A DNA stretch of 64,000 bases from Acutalibacteraceae bacterium (GTDB lineage: Bacteria; Bacillota; Clostridia; Oscillospirales; Acutalibacteraceae), in the NCBI GenBank assembly GCA_045604155.1, contig JAZUNN010000083.1, positions 7,228 through 71,227 on the forward strand. Direction: 5' to 3'. Shown piece after piece: positions 1 through 9,054 of this stretch. The stretch's first letter is position 1, and each line of letters begins with the position of its first letter. Below the pieces are notes generated by a model. The model searched no databases. It saw only the letters and a list, made by a program, of their open reading frames with translations, and had not been told where the DNA came from. A program made the translations under genes and the position numbers.

Positions 1-108
1 CCCAATAAAGAATATGCTCAGGCTGCACGTGAGAGATTTCTCGATGATCCTGAAAGTCTTTACCGCACCGTTCTGGCTCAGCTTACTGATTCTGAATCTG
101 AAAATTAA
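1..108 (+). CDS. 3' end of an unidentified CDS (last 35 codons, ...AQLTDSESEN*)
   Basis: Frame 1 is open from the window edge to TAA at 106-108 and is followed by a hairpin plus T-run at ~200-229. Too short to assign a family. Confidence 0.35.
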   Translation, partial: PNKEYAQAARERFLDDPESLYRTVLAQLTDSESEN

Positions 109-199
109 TATGAATATTCTCACCTTTGTCGGTAATAATACTACTGTTCAGGTGAGGATATCGGTTTTCTGATATATGCGTTTGTGTTACCTGAATGGA

Positions 200-229
200 A
201 AAGACCGCACTTTCTGTGCGGTCTTTTTG
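200..229 (+). terminator. Rho-independent terminator
   Basis: AAGACCGCAC-TTTCT-GTGCGGTCTT stem-loop followed by TTTT. Confidence 0.7.
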
Positions 230-241
230 TTATATATTCAG

Positions 242-320
242 TTGAGGACGCTGTCCTCACCCTCCTGCAAGAGGCTTTGCCTCTTGACTCCACTCAAGGG
301 ACATTATCCCTTGAGAATCC
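242..320. repeat. Hairpin-array element, partial copy (right-hand module only)
   Basis: Three consecutive stem-loops (243-259, 268-286, 293-315) followed by AAT. Collinear with the right third of the elements at 8441-8695 and 14088-14298. Confidence 0.6.
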
Positions 321-331
321 CATCATGAGAT

Positions 332-2554
332 TCATATTATGCTGAGCTGTTCGCCTTTTTCCTTAGCTCCTGCTGCAGGTATGGACTTTGCTCTGCAGCG
401 GTCGGGATCGGGAATCATGCCATCGGTATATATCTGCATATCTGTAAGATGAGCATTCTTACGAAGTGTCATTACCTGAACGCCCTGAGTGTCCTTTGTG
501 GTCTTGGATGCTATTGCTCCGGTGTGAACAAGAAGTCTGTGACCGGTACTGGAAGTAAGAAGAATCTGTGTATCTTCTGTAATGTATTCTGCCTTTACAA
601 AGGTAAACTTGCCGCAATAGGCGTTAATCAGCTTTTTACGGTTTGTCTTTGTCTGATAGGCAGACAGATCTACTTTCGCAAGCTTGCCGTTATCAAATGC
701 AAAGACCATAAAGCCTTCATATTTTTCAACAACAGCCATGTAGACAACTTTTTCTCCATCGTCCATTCCAAGAACAGCGGGAACGTACTCACCAAGCACA
801 CTTGCCTTTGTATCGGAGAAATTAGCCGCTCTGGTCTTATAAACCTGACATTTATTTGTGAAGAACAGCAGCTCGATATTATTTCTGCTCTCAAGCTGGC
901 GTACTATGGAGTCACCCTCCTTGAGCTTATGATCACCGCTCATACGCAGTGACTGGGGAGTAATCTTCTTGAAATAACCTTCAGCAGTAAGGAAAAGATT
1001 GACTGCATAATCAGGAATTTCCTCGATTTCCTCAAGCTCAACTGTATTTTCTTCACAGAGGATCATTGATCTGCGAGGCTGACCGTATTTTTCAGCAACT
1101 TCACGCATCTCTTTTATAATAATCTTCTGAACTTTTTTGGTGGATCCAAGGATGCTTTCGAGCTCTGCAATTTCTTCTTTCAGCTTGTCAACATCAGCAA
1201 TTCTTTTGAGGATGTATTCTCTGTTGATATGACGAAGCTTGATTTCAGCTACATATTCAGCCTGAATCTCATCAATGCCGAAGCCGATCATGAGGTTGGG
1301 AACAACCTCTGCCTCCTCTTCCGTTTCACGGATGATTTTTATGGCTCTGTCGATATCAAGGAGGATCTTTGAAAGACCTGACAGCAGATGAAGCTTATCT
1401 TTAAGCTTGCCGAGATTATAGTACGTTCTGCGGCGGACGCACTCTGTTCTGAACGCTATCCATTCCTGCAGAAGTTCTCTTACGCCAAGCACCTTCGGTG
1501 TGCCTGCAATAAGCACATTGAAGTTGCAGGAGAAGCTGTCTTCAAGAGGAGTAAGCTTGAAAAGCTTTGCCATAAGCTTATCGGGATCAGTGCTTCTCTT
1601 CAGGTCGATGGTTATTCTGAGTCCATCCTTACCCTGCTCATCTCGGATATCGTTTATTTCCTTGATTTTTCCAAGCTTTACAAGCTCTATTACCTTCTCA
1701 ACTATGGCTTCGATTGAAGTTGTGGGAGGTATCTGGGTAATATCAATGCAGTTTGCGCTCTTATCGTAGGAATACCTTGAACGTACTCTTACGCTGCCTC
1801 TGCCAGTATTATAGATACCCTTTAAATCGGTCTGATTCTGAAGTATAAACCCGCCGCCCGGGAAATCCGGTGCGAGAAGGGTGGTTTCTATATTGTGATC
1901 AGGGTCATTGATAAGTGCAATGGTTGTTTCGATAACCTCTGACAGGTTGAATGAACAGATGTTGCTCGCCATTCCGACTGCGATACCCAGATTACTGTTG
2001 CAGAGCACAGACGGGAATGTTACCGGCAGAAGTGACGGCTCTTTCATTGTACCGTCAAAGTTGTCAACCATGTCTATTGCATCGCTGTCAATATCCTTGA
2101 AAAGCTCACCGGATATCTTGGCAAGCTTTGCCTCGGTATATCGGGAAGCTGCAGGAGATGTATCACGGGAATAAGCCTTACCGAATGAACCCTTTGATTC
2201 GATATAGGGATGAAGCAAGGCTTCGTGTGCTACTGTCATACGAACAAGTGTGTCGTAAATAGCCGCATCACCATGGGGGTTGAGTGACATTGTTGCACCT
2301 GCGATTTTTGCACATTTCTGAATATCACCTGTCAACAGACCCATCTTGTACATGGTGTAAAGAAGCTTTCTGTGTGACGGTTTGAAGCCGTCTATTTCGG
2401 GCAGCGCACGGCTCATTATTACGCTCATTGCGTAAGGCATATAGTTGACTTCGATGGTATCGTCTATATTCTGTTCAACCACTTCGCCTGCGCCTTTTAT
2501 ATATCCTTTTGTCGCCGGAGCACCTGACTGCGGCGTGTTTCTTTTTCTTGCCAT
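332..2554 (-). CDS. Type IIA DNA topoisomerase subunit A (GyrA/ParC family; ParC/topo IV-like second paralogue)
   Basis: 740 aa. N-terminal ...MPYAMSVIMSRALPEIDGFKPSHRKLLY... is the GyrA/ParC breakage-reunion signature. Lies immediately downstream of the B-subunit gene and has a short C-terminal domain. Gyrase versus topo IV cannot be decided from sequence alone. Confidence 0.9.
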   Translation of the reverse strand: MARKRNTPQSGAPATKGYIKGAGEVVEQNIDDTIEVNYMPYAMSVIMSRALPEIDGFKPSHRKLLYTMYKMGLLTGDIQKCAKIAGATMSLNPHGDAAIYDTLVRMTVAHEALLHPYIESKGSFGKAYSRDTSPAASRYTEAKLAKISGELFKDIDSDAIDMVDNFDGTMKEPSLLPVTFPSVLCNSNLGIAVGMASNICSFNLSEVIETTIALINDPDHNIETTLLAPDFPGGGFILQNQTDLKGIYNTGRGSVRVRSRYSYDKSANCIDITQIPPTTSIEAIVEKVIELVKLGKIKEINDIRDEQGKDGLRITIDLKRSTDPDKLMAKLFKLTPLEDSFSCNFNVLIAGTPKVLGVRELLQEWIAFRTECVRRRTYYNLGKLKDKLHLLSGLSKILLDIDRAIKIIRETEEEAEVVPNLMIGFGIDEIQAEYVAEIKLRHINREYILKRIADVDKLKEEIAELESILGSTKKVQKIIIKEMREVAEKYGQPRRSMILCEENTVELEEIEEIPDYAVNLFLTAEGYFKKITPQSLRMSGDHKLKEGDSIVRQLESRNNIELLFFTNKCQVYKTRAANFSDTKASVLGEYVPAVLGMDDGEKVVYMAVVEKYEGFMVFAFDNGKLAKVDLSAYQTKTNRKKLINAYCGKFTFVKAEYITEDTQILLTSSTGHRLLVHTGAIASKTTKDTQGVQVMTLRKNAHLTDMQIYTDGMIPDPDRCRAKSIPAAGAKEKGEQLSII

Positions 2555-2574
2555 CAGTTTTTTCCTTTCGGCTG

Positions 2575-4563
2575 TTATTGTACGTCAGCGAGGTCTATAA
2601 ACTCACTTCCGTGCTCAGTGATGTATTCCTTTCTGCCTGCAAGATTATCTCCAAGCAGAACATCAAAGATCTGTGCAGTTCTCTCAACATCAGAGGGAAC
2701 AACCTTGATAAGTCTTCTCGTTTCAGGATTCATTGTGGTGAGATTCATCATATCCGCATTGTTCTCACCAAGTCCCTTTGAACGGTTGATCTTATGCTTT
2801 TTCTTTCCGATTTTTTCCATTATTTCAGTTTTTTCCTGCTCTGTGTAGGCAAAGTAAGTTTCATCTGAAGTTGTAATTTCATAAAGCGGAGATTCGGCTA
2901 TGAATACCTTTCCTGCTTCGATAAGCTTCGGGGTAAGACGATAAAACATTGTAAGAATAAGCGTTCTGATCTGATATCCGTCAACATCGGCATCGGTACA
3001 AATAATTACCTTGTTCCAGCGAAGCTGATTAAGGTCAAAATTTGAAAGATTCTTGGCAGATTTGCCCTGAACATCAACACCGCAACCGAGGACCTTTATA
3101 AGGTCAGTTATAATTTCGCTCTTGAATATTCTGGAATAATCTGCCTTGAGGCAGTTGAGGATTTTTCCTCGTACGGGCATTATACCCTGGAAATTCGGAT
3201 CTCTTGCCACCTTACAGGATCCTGCCGCTGAATCACCCTCCACGATGTAAAGCTCTCGCTCGTTTACATCTCTGCTTCTGCAGTCGATGAACTTTGCAAC
3301 TCGGGTGGTCATATCCATGTTGCTGGTAAGGGTCTTCTTTATCTGCAGACGCTGCTTGTCTGCCTGCTCACGGCTCTGTTTGTTGATAAGGCATTGAGCA
3401 CAGATTTTATCAGCCTCTATGGGGTTTTCAAGAAACCAGACTTCAAGCTGATGACGGAAGAATTCTGTCATCGCCTCACGGATAAATTTATTGTTTATAG
3501 ACTTCTTTGTCTGGTTTTCGTAACTGGTCTGGTTGGAGAATGAAGATACAACGATTACAAGGCAATCGGAAACATCCTGATACTTGATGCTGCTCTCATT
3601 CTTGTTGTATTTGCCGGTTGCCTTGAGTCTGTGGTCTATCATTGATGTAAATGCACTCTGAACAGCCTTGTCAGGCGCACCGCCATGCTCAAGCCAGCTG
3701 GAGTTATGATAGTACTCAGTAAGATTTACCTTGTTTGAAAATGCAACAGCGGCATTTATTCTGACATTATAGTCAGGCTTATCCTCTCTGTCACGTCCTC
3801 GTCTCTCACAGCTCCACACCTGAACAGAGGACATAGCCTCCTCACCCACTATTTCACGGACATGGTCTGCAATACCTTCCTTGTAAAGGAATTCCTGCTT
3901 ATTGCCTTCCTTCTTGTCGTCGAAAATAAAAGTAACGCCTGCATTTACAATAGCCTGACGCTTCAGGACATCCATGAAGTATTCGGTGGGAATGTCAATC
4001 TCTGTGAAAACATCAAGATCGGGCAGCCATTTTATCTTTGTACCCGTGCGTTTGCCGGTGAAAGGCTCCTTCTGAAGACCGCCTACATTTTCACCCTTTT
4101 CAAAATGAAGTCTGTAGACAAATCCATCACGGATAACCTCGGCATCCATATATGCGGAAGCATACTGAGTTGCACACAGACCGAGACCGTTGAGACCGAG
4201 AGAAAATTCGTAGGTTTCATTTGTATCGTTATTGTACTTACCGCCTGCATATAGCTCGCAGAATGCAAGCTCCCAGTTATATTTCCCTTCACGCTCATTG
4301 TAGTCAACGGGAATACCTCTTCCCATATCAGCAATCTCTATGGCACCGTCCTGATATCTTGTTATGGTAATTTTATTGCCATAACCTTCTCTGGCTTCGT
4401 CGATAGAGTTTGAAAGGATTTCAAACACCGCATGCTGGCAGCCCTCAATATTATCCGAGCCAAAAATAACCGCAGGACGTTTACGTACTCGATCCGCACC
4501 TTTAAGCGAAGTTATACTGTCATTAGTGTATTCACTTTTTACAGTTTTTTTCTTGTTCTCCAT
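2575..4563 (-). CDS. Type IIA DNA topoisomerase subunit B (GyrB/ParE family)
   Basis: GHKL ATPase N-terminal region plus TOPRIM motifs (ELYIVEGDSAAGS, PVRGKILN). Start moved to ATG M11 of track ORF 2575..4593, behind an AAGGGAAG SD. Confidence 0.9.
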   Translation of the reverse strand: MENKKKTVKSEYTNDSITSLKGADRVRKRPAVIFGSDNIEGCQHAVFEILSNSIDEAREGYGNKITITRYQDGAIEIADMGRGIPVDYNEREGKYNWELAFCELYAGGKYNNDTNETYEFSLGLNGLGLCATQYASAYMDAEVIRDGFVYRLHFEKGENVGGLQKEPFTGKRTGTKIKWLPDLDVFTEIDIPTEYFMDVLKRQAIVNAGVTFIFDDKKEGNKQEFLYKEGIADHVREIVGEEAMSSVQVWSCERRGRDREDKPDYNVRINAAVAFSNKVNLTEYYHNSSWLEHGGAPDKAVQSAFTSMIDHRLKATGKYNKNESSIKYQDVSDCLVIVVSSFSNQTSYENQTKKSINNKFIREAMTEFFRHQLEVWFLENPIEADKICAQCLINKQSREQADKQRLQIKKTLTSNMDMTTRVAKFIDCRSRDVNERELYIVEGDSAAGSCKVARDPNFQGIMPVRGKILNCLKADYSRIFKSEIITDLIKVLGCGVDVQGKSAKNLSNFDLNQLRWNKVIICTDADVDGYQIRTLILTMFYRLTPKLIEAGKVFIAESPLYEITTSDETYFAYTEQEKTEIMEKIGKKKHKINRSKGLGENNADMMNLTTMNPETRRLIKVVPSDVERTAQIFDVLLGDNLAGRKEYITEHGSEFIDLADVQ

Positions 4564-4603
4564 ACTGATGATTTCTTCCCTTTTCGTTAGCATTTCTCAA
4601 TAT

Positions 4604-4632
4604 ATTTTACATAATTTGTGTCTATATGTCAA
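4604..4632 (-). promoter_or_regulatory. Sigma-70-type promoter for the topoisomerase B/A operon
   Basis: On the minus strand, TTGACA (4632-4627), 17-nt spacer, TAAAAT (4609-4604). Confidence 0.5.
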
Positions 4633-4676
4633 TATCAACACATTATATTGTATGGTTTTACGGACAATTATACACA

Positions 4677-4748
4677 TAAAAAAACGGCTGCAATGCAGCA
4701 GCCTACAGACGCACTTAAACAGGGATGCGATAAAATCGCTCCCTGTTT
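4677..4748 (-). terminator. Tandem hairpins / rho-independent terminator downstream of the zinc-ribbon gene
   Basis: Minus strand: AAACAGGGA...TCCCTGTTT hairpin (4717-4748), then GGCTGC-TGCATT-GCAGCC (4686-4703) followed by a T7 run. Confidence 0.65.
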
Positions 4749-4771
4749 AATATTATTGCTTTAATTAAGAA

Positions 4772-5191
4772 TTAACCCTCGAGGTCAAACTCAAGCTTCT
4801 CGCCGCAGTTGGGGCACTCCATCTCGCCTGCATTGATCATGTCTTCGTCAAGGCAGATAGTTTCGCCGCAAGTGGGGCAGGTTACTTCGTAGAAGAGCTC
4901 GTCAACATCCTTCTTCTCAGGTGCTTCGTCAACATTGCCGCTGCAGCAATCGCAATCGCAGCAATCATCGTCGCCGTAGAGATCCTTCTCTACCTCGCCG
5001 AGATCTTCATCAACAGCATCAATCTGCTCCTGAAGCTCAGTAAAACCGTCCTGAAGGTTTGCTACGTTGTCAACAAGATCCTCGATGAGGTCAAGGAGAT
5101 TCTTGATAACCTTAGTGTCCTTCTTGGAATCGTCAAGGCCGAGACCTTCAACAAGACCCTTTACATAAGCAAGTTTTTCGATTGTATTCAT
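4772..5191 (-). CDS. Acidic zinc-ribbon protein (resembles CD1247 N-terminal-domain family)
   Basis: 139 aa. N-terminal helical acidic region, a Cys cluster (DDDCCDCDCCSG) and a C-terminal CPTCG...CPNCG zinc ribbon. The family name is from memory, not verified. Confidence 0.5.
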   Translation of the reverse strand: MNTIEKLAYVKGLVEGLGLDDSKKDTKVIKNLLDLIEDLVDNVANLQDGFTELQEQIDAVDEDLGEVEKDLYGDDDCCDCDCCSGNVDEAPEKKDVDELFYEVTCPTCGETICLDEDMINAGEMECPNCGEKLEFDLEG

Positions 5192-5227
5192 GATTATGCC
5201 TCCCCAAGAGTTTATCGCTGATTTAAA

Positions 5228-5788
5228 TTATGCACGGCCGATGTACTGACCGCCATCTCTGGTGTCAATCTTAACCTTATCGCCCTCATTGATGAAGAGA
5301 GGTACAAAAATCTCTGCACCGGTCTCAAGAGTTGCGGGCTTGGTTGTGTTGGTTGCAGTGTTGCCTGCTACACCGGGCTCGGTGTGGGTAACTGTGAGCT
5401 CAACAAAGTTGGGGGGCTCAACAGCAAATACGTTGCCCTTGTAGGATGCAAGTCTGCAGGTCATGTTCTCGGTAACAAACTTGAAGTTGTCGCCAAGAGT
5501 GGAACCATTGATAGGAACGAGTTCATAAGACTCGGGATCCATGAAATAATAAAGGTCGCCATCAGAGTAGGAATACTCCATATCCTTACGCTCGATGAAA
5601 GCGGTGGGGAACTTATCGGACGGGTTGAAAGTACGCTCGACGATACCGCCGGTAATTACGTTCTTGTTCTTTGCACGGTCAAAAGCTGCGCCTTTGCCGG
5701 GCTTAACGTGCTGGAACTCTACGATGGAATAAACGTTTCCATCCATCTCAAAAGTTACGCCGTTTCTGAAATCGCCTGCTACTACCAT
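5228..5788 (-). CDS. efp: Translation elongation factor P
   Basis: 186 aa with the HVKPGKGAAF loop carrying the conserved modifiable Lys (K32). EF-P three-domain length, and the usual pepP-efp neighbourhood. Confidence 0.95.
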   Translation of the reverse strand: MVVAGDFRNGVTFEMDGNVYSIVEFQHVKPGKGAAFDRAKNKNVITGGIVERTFNPSDKFPTAFIERKDMEYSYSDGDLYYFMDPESYELVPINGSTLGDNFKFVTENMTCRLASYKGNVFAVEPPNFVELTVTHTEPGVAGNTATNTTKPATLETGAEIFVPLFINEGDKVKIDTRDGGQYIGRA

Positions 5789-5824
5789 ATTATAAAACCT
5801 CCAAGTTGTCAGTTGCCATAGTTA

Positions 5825-5853
5825 ATTGTATATTATTTGTTATAAATTTGCAA
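5825..5853 (-). promoter_or_regulatory. Sigma-70-type promoter upstream of efp
   Basis: Minus strand TTGCAA (5853-5848), 17 nt, TACAAT (5830-5825). Confidence 0.45.
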
Positions 5854-5889
5854 GTATATTATGAGAAATTATTTGAAATTCATTAAAAT

Positions 5890-6993
5890 TTAACCTATTT
5901 CGAGCAATTCACGGGGCAAATCAGTGAGATTGATGCCTGAATTTTCAGTTTTGTACATCATATTCTCAATTCTTACTCCACCTTTACCCGGGAGATATAT
6001 GCCGGGCTCGATGGTAATTACTGCTCCGACAGGAATCTCTCCCTTGCCTGAGGGTGATACTGACGGTGTTTCGTGGATCTCAACACCCACGCCGTGACCT
6101 GTTCCATGCCCGAAATATTCACCGTAGCCTGCGTCTGCAATTACTTTTCTTGCGGCAGCATCGCATTCTGTGAGGACTTTTCCGCCGTTTACGACGTAAT
6201 CCATTGCAGCCTGCTGAGCACGGAGAACAGTATTGTAAATAAGCTTCTGCTCGTCATCAGCCTTGCCGAATACTATAGTTCTGGTCATGTCAGAATGATA
6301 ACCGTCAACCACAGCACCGATATCAAATGTTATGAAATCACCCTTCTGTACCTTGTAGTCAGAGGGTACTGCGTGAGGCATGGAGCTGTTTGCGCCTGCT
6401 GCTACGATAAGATCGAATGCAATACGCTCTGCACCGTTCTTTCTCATGTAGAACTCAATCTCAAGAGCAAGTTCCTTTTCGGTAACACCCTCACGAAGAA
6501 CGTTCTCAATGACATATTCAAGAGAATCCTCGGTGATTTTCTGTGCTTCTCTGATCTTATCTATCTCATACTCGGACTTGGAAACTCTCATTTCGTTGAG
6601 AATATCATCAAGCTCGCTTGTCTTTACAAGCTCAATGGTATCAAAAAGCTTCTCGTATCTTGCAGCTTCAGAAAGGGTAACTCTCTCGCTTTCGATGAGA
6701 GCCTTCTTTATGCCAAGCTCAGAAGCTATTTCAGCCATTGTTTCACCAAGCTTTTTAAAGCCTCTGACCTCACTGTTTGTTATCTGATTTTCTGCAGCCT
6801 CAGTATAACGTGAGTCAGTTGTGAAAATGCTCTTTTCCTTTGTCACAACAAGGAATCCGTCGGATGCAGGGAAGCCTGTCATATATCTTCTGGATATCTC
6901 AGAGGATATGATAGCTCCGTCAACACCTTCCGGCAGACGGCTCTGAAATTCTCTGATTCTGTCTGCATATTCCTGTGCAAATGTCTTACTCAT
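5890..6993 (-). CDS. Xaa-Pro aminopeptidase (M24B family)
   Basis: 367 aa. Creatinase/prolidase N-domain plus M24 metal-ligand motifs (DIGAVVDGYHSDMTRT, HGTGHGVGVEIHE, EPGIY...RIEN). Confidence 0.9.
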   Translation of the reverse strand: MSKTFAQEYADRIREFQSRLPEGVDGAIISSEISRRYMTGFPASDGFLVVTKEKSIFTTDSRYTEAAENQITNSEVRGFKKLGETMAEIASELGIKKALIESERVTLSEAARYEKLFDTIELVKTSELDDILNEMRVSKSEYEIDKIREAQKITEDSLEYVIENVLREGVTEKELALEIEFYMRKNGAERIAFDLIVAAGANSSMPHAVPSDYKVQKGDFITFDIGAVVDGYHSDMTRTIVFGKADDEQKLIYNTVLRAQQAAMDYVVNGGKVLTECDAAARKVIADAGYGEYFGHGTGHGVGVEIHETPSVSPSGKGEIPVGAVITIEPGIYLPGKGGVRIENMMYKTENSGINLTDLPRELLEIG

Positions 6994-7042
6994 ATTTTTT
7001 GCTCCTTTTTATGCGGGAGGGCACAGAGACCCTCCCCTACGT

Positions 7043-7900
7043 TTATATAACAACATACTGTTTGTACATTTCAAGCATTGCCATGCTGTCAGCAGTCTGT
7101 GTGCCTGCCGATTCACATATAATAGTAGTTGTCATATCGTATTTTACCATGCTTTCAATGAAAATCTCGGGCATGGGTCCATATACATTATCTTCAAAAG
7201 TGAGATGTCTGACCTCTCCGCCCTTTGAATACTCTATCTTTGAAAAATGTATATGCATATTCTTTACCCGTTCACTGCCAAGCTCATAGGAAAGAATATT
7301 CAATACATCGATATAATCATCGACTGTATTCAAAGAACCGCCTGTGCGGCTGTTAAGATGCCCAAAATCAACGCATGGAATAAATCTTTCGTCAAGCTTA
7401 CAGAAAGCGATAACGTCATCAAGGTCGCCAAGCTGGTTTATTTTGCCCATCACCTCAGGACATATATGTATATCAGACAGACCATTATCGTCAAGGGTGC
7501 CTTGTGCTTTTAGAAAAGTTTCACAGGCAAGTACTCTCGCCTCTTCCCTTGTCATTTTTGAGAGTCCGCCCGGATGGACGACAATTCTGCTGCCTCCGAG
7601 CATTTTTACGGCAGATGCACTCTGGCGTATGTACTCAACAGAGTTGATACGCTTTTCTTCCTCCTGTGACGCAAGAGAAATAAAATACGGTGCATGAAGA
7701 GAAATGCTGATACCTGCGCTTTCAGCTGCTCTCATTATAAGTTCAGCTTTTTCTGCGCTGAGGCGAACTCCTCTGCCACACTGGTATTCAAAGGCATTCA
7801 ATCCCTTTTCGCCAAGCCACGGCATAAGCTTTTCGGTGCTTTTTATCTTTTCCGCCGCTGCCATTTCACACATTCCGGCAGGTCCGAATTTAATTGGCAT
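7043..7900 (-). CDS. TIM-barrel AP endonuclease 2 / endonuclease IV-like (xylose isomerase-like fold) protein
   Basis: Motifs HAPYFISL, VVHPGG, CPEVMG, DFGHLN. Start moved to M35 (MPIKFGPAG) of track ORF 7043..8002. The upstream extension overlaps the YqeG-like gene. Confidence 0.75.
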   Translation of the reverse strand: MPIKFGPAGMCEMAAAEKIKSTEKLMPWLGEKGLNAFEYQCGRGVRLSAEKAELIMRAAESAGISISLHAPYFISLASQEEEKRINSVEYIRQSASAVKMLGGSRIVVHPGGLSKMTREEARVLACETFLKAQGTLDDNGLSDIHICPEVMGKINQLGDLDDVIAFCKLDERFIPCVDFGHLNSRTGGSLNTVDDYIDVLNILSYELGSERVKNMHIHFSKIEYSKGGEVRHLTFEDNVYGPMPEIFIESMVKYDMTTTIICESAGTQTADSMAMLEMYKQYVVI

Positions 7901-8414
7901 TCTTTTTCTTCGCCTTTCTTGCAGTTTTTCTTCTGTAGGATGCGATAACAGGCTTTTCCAATGCTCTCTTGAACTTGAAGAAAGCTTTGTCCTCCAGCTC
8001 ATAAGGCACCGTCAGAACTGTATATGCACCAAGAAGATTTCCGCCGATTATATCGGTATATATCTGATCGCCTATTGCGACAGCTTCTTTAGGCTTGACG
8101 TCAATTCTTCTGCAGGCTTCCTTAAAGCCTTTTGCAAGAGGTTTTGCACCTTTTGCCACGAAATCAAGACCGATCTTTTGGGCAAAGGGAGCGACTCTCT
8201 CTGCACTGTTATTTGATACTATTATCAGCTTCAAGCCGTTATTCTTCTTGGAATCAATCCATTCCATGACACCCTCGGCAGGAGTCGGATTGTCATGGGT
8301 GGTCATTGTATTGTCAACATCCAGCAATATTGCCTTGCAGCCGACGGAACGGAAGAAATCCATGTCGAGATCTATCATTTTATCCACCATAAGGCGTGGT
8401 TTTAAAAGAGGCAT
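7890..8414 (-). CDS. YqeG-family HAD-IIIA phosphatase
   Basis: 174 aa with HAD motifs LLDVDNTM, IVSNN, GDQIYTDI. Basic C-terminal tail. Confidence 0.85.
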   Translation of the reverse strand: MPLLKPRLMVDKMIDLDMDFFRSVGCKAILLDVDNTMTTHDNPTPAEGVMEWIDSKKNNGLKLIIVSNNSAERVAPFAQKIGLDFVAKGAKPLAKGFKEACRRIDVKPKEAVAIGDQIYTDIIGGNLLGAYTVLTVPYELEDKAFFKFKRALEKPVIASYRRKTARKAKKKNAN

Positions 8415-8440
8415 TGTTATTCCTCATTTCATTAAAGGAG

Positions 8441-8695
8441 ATTCTTAAGGACTTCGTCCTTAAGCGGGATTATTAAGGGCTGCGCCCTTAATGCAGGTGT
8501 TTGAGGGGTGCTCCCCTCAACTCTTATTTCTTTTTTAACAGCAGGCGCTTAGCCTGCTGTTTGTTGTTCATGGACGGTTAAGGGCTTCGCATGCAATCCG
8601 TTGGATTGCTTTGAGAATCTTCGATTCTCACCCTTAAAACCCACAAGGGGCCTCCACCTTGACCCGACTTAAGGAACTGCGTTCCTTAAGAATTC
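8441..8695. repeat. Hairpin-array palindromic element, copy 1 (~255 bp, 8-9 stem-loops, ~28-nt terminal inverted repeats)
   Basis: Stem-loops at 8444-8464, 8472-8492, 8501-8520, 8537-8561, 8578-8637 (enclosing 8593-8609 and 8612-8630), 8644-8661 and 8668-8690. The ends ATTCTTAAGG...AAGCGGG and CCCGACTT...CCTTAAGAAT are inverted repeats. Confidence 0.8.
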
Positions 8696-8704
8696 TGACG
8701 TATT

Positions 8705-8741
8705 AAAATAAAAAAGCGAGCAGATATAATTCTGCTCGCTT
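8705..8741 (-). terminator. Rho-independent terminator of rpsU
   Basis: Minus strand AAGCGAGCAGA-ATTATA-TCTGCTCGCTT followed by TTTTTATTTT. Confidence 0.8.
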
Positions 8742-8763
8742 CTTACTTTTTTGTAGAAGTCAA

Positions 8764-8943
8764 TTATTTATACTTGCGCTTGCGAGCGGCTTCGGACTTC
8801 TTCTTACGCTTGACAGAGGGCTTCTCGTAAGCTTCTCTCTTGCGGACTTCCTGAATGATACCGCCACGTGCGCAGGATCTCTTGAAGCGGCGCAGAGCGC
8901 TTTCCAAAGACTCGTTATCTCTTACCTTGATTTCCGATGACAT
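8764..8943 (-). CDS. rpsU: 30S ribosomal protein S21
   Basis: Not in the ORF track (59 aa). Hand translation gives [59 protein letters not shown], a typical S21 sequence. Confidence 0.9.
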   Translation of the reverse strand: MSSEIKVRDNESLESALRRFKRSCARGGIIQEVRKREAYEKPSVKRKKKSEAARKRKYK

Positions 8944-9003
8944 GATTGACTTTCCCTCCCCTCCGCCTTTTCAACACGGGGTGTTAAACTTAGGACGCTG
9001 ATC

Positions 9004-9033
9004 ATTATAACCTATCTTACATAACAATGTCAA
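9004..9033 (-). promoter_or_regulatory. Near-consensus sigma-70 promoter for rpsU
   Basis: Minus strand TTGACA (9033-9028), 18 nt, TATAAT (9009-9004). Confidence 0.6.
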
Positions 9034-9054
9034 TAGTTATTTGTGTAAACATTA

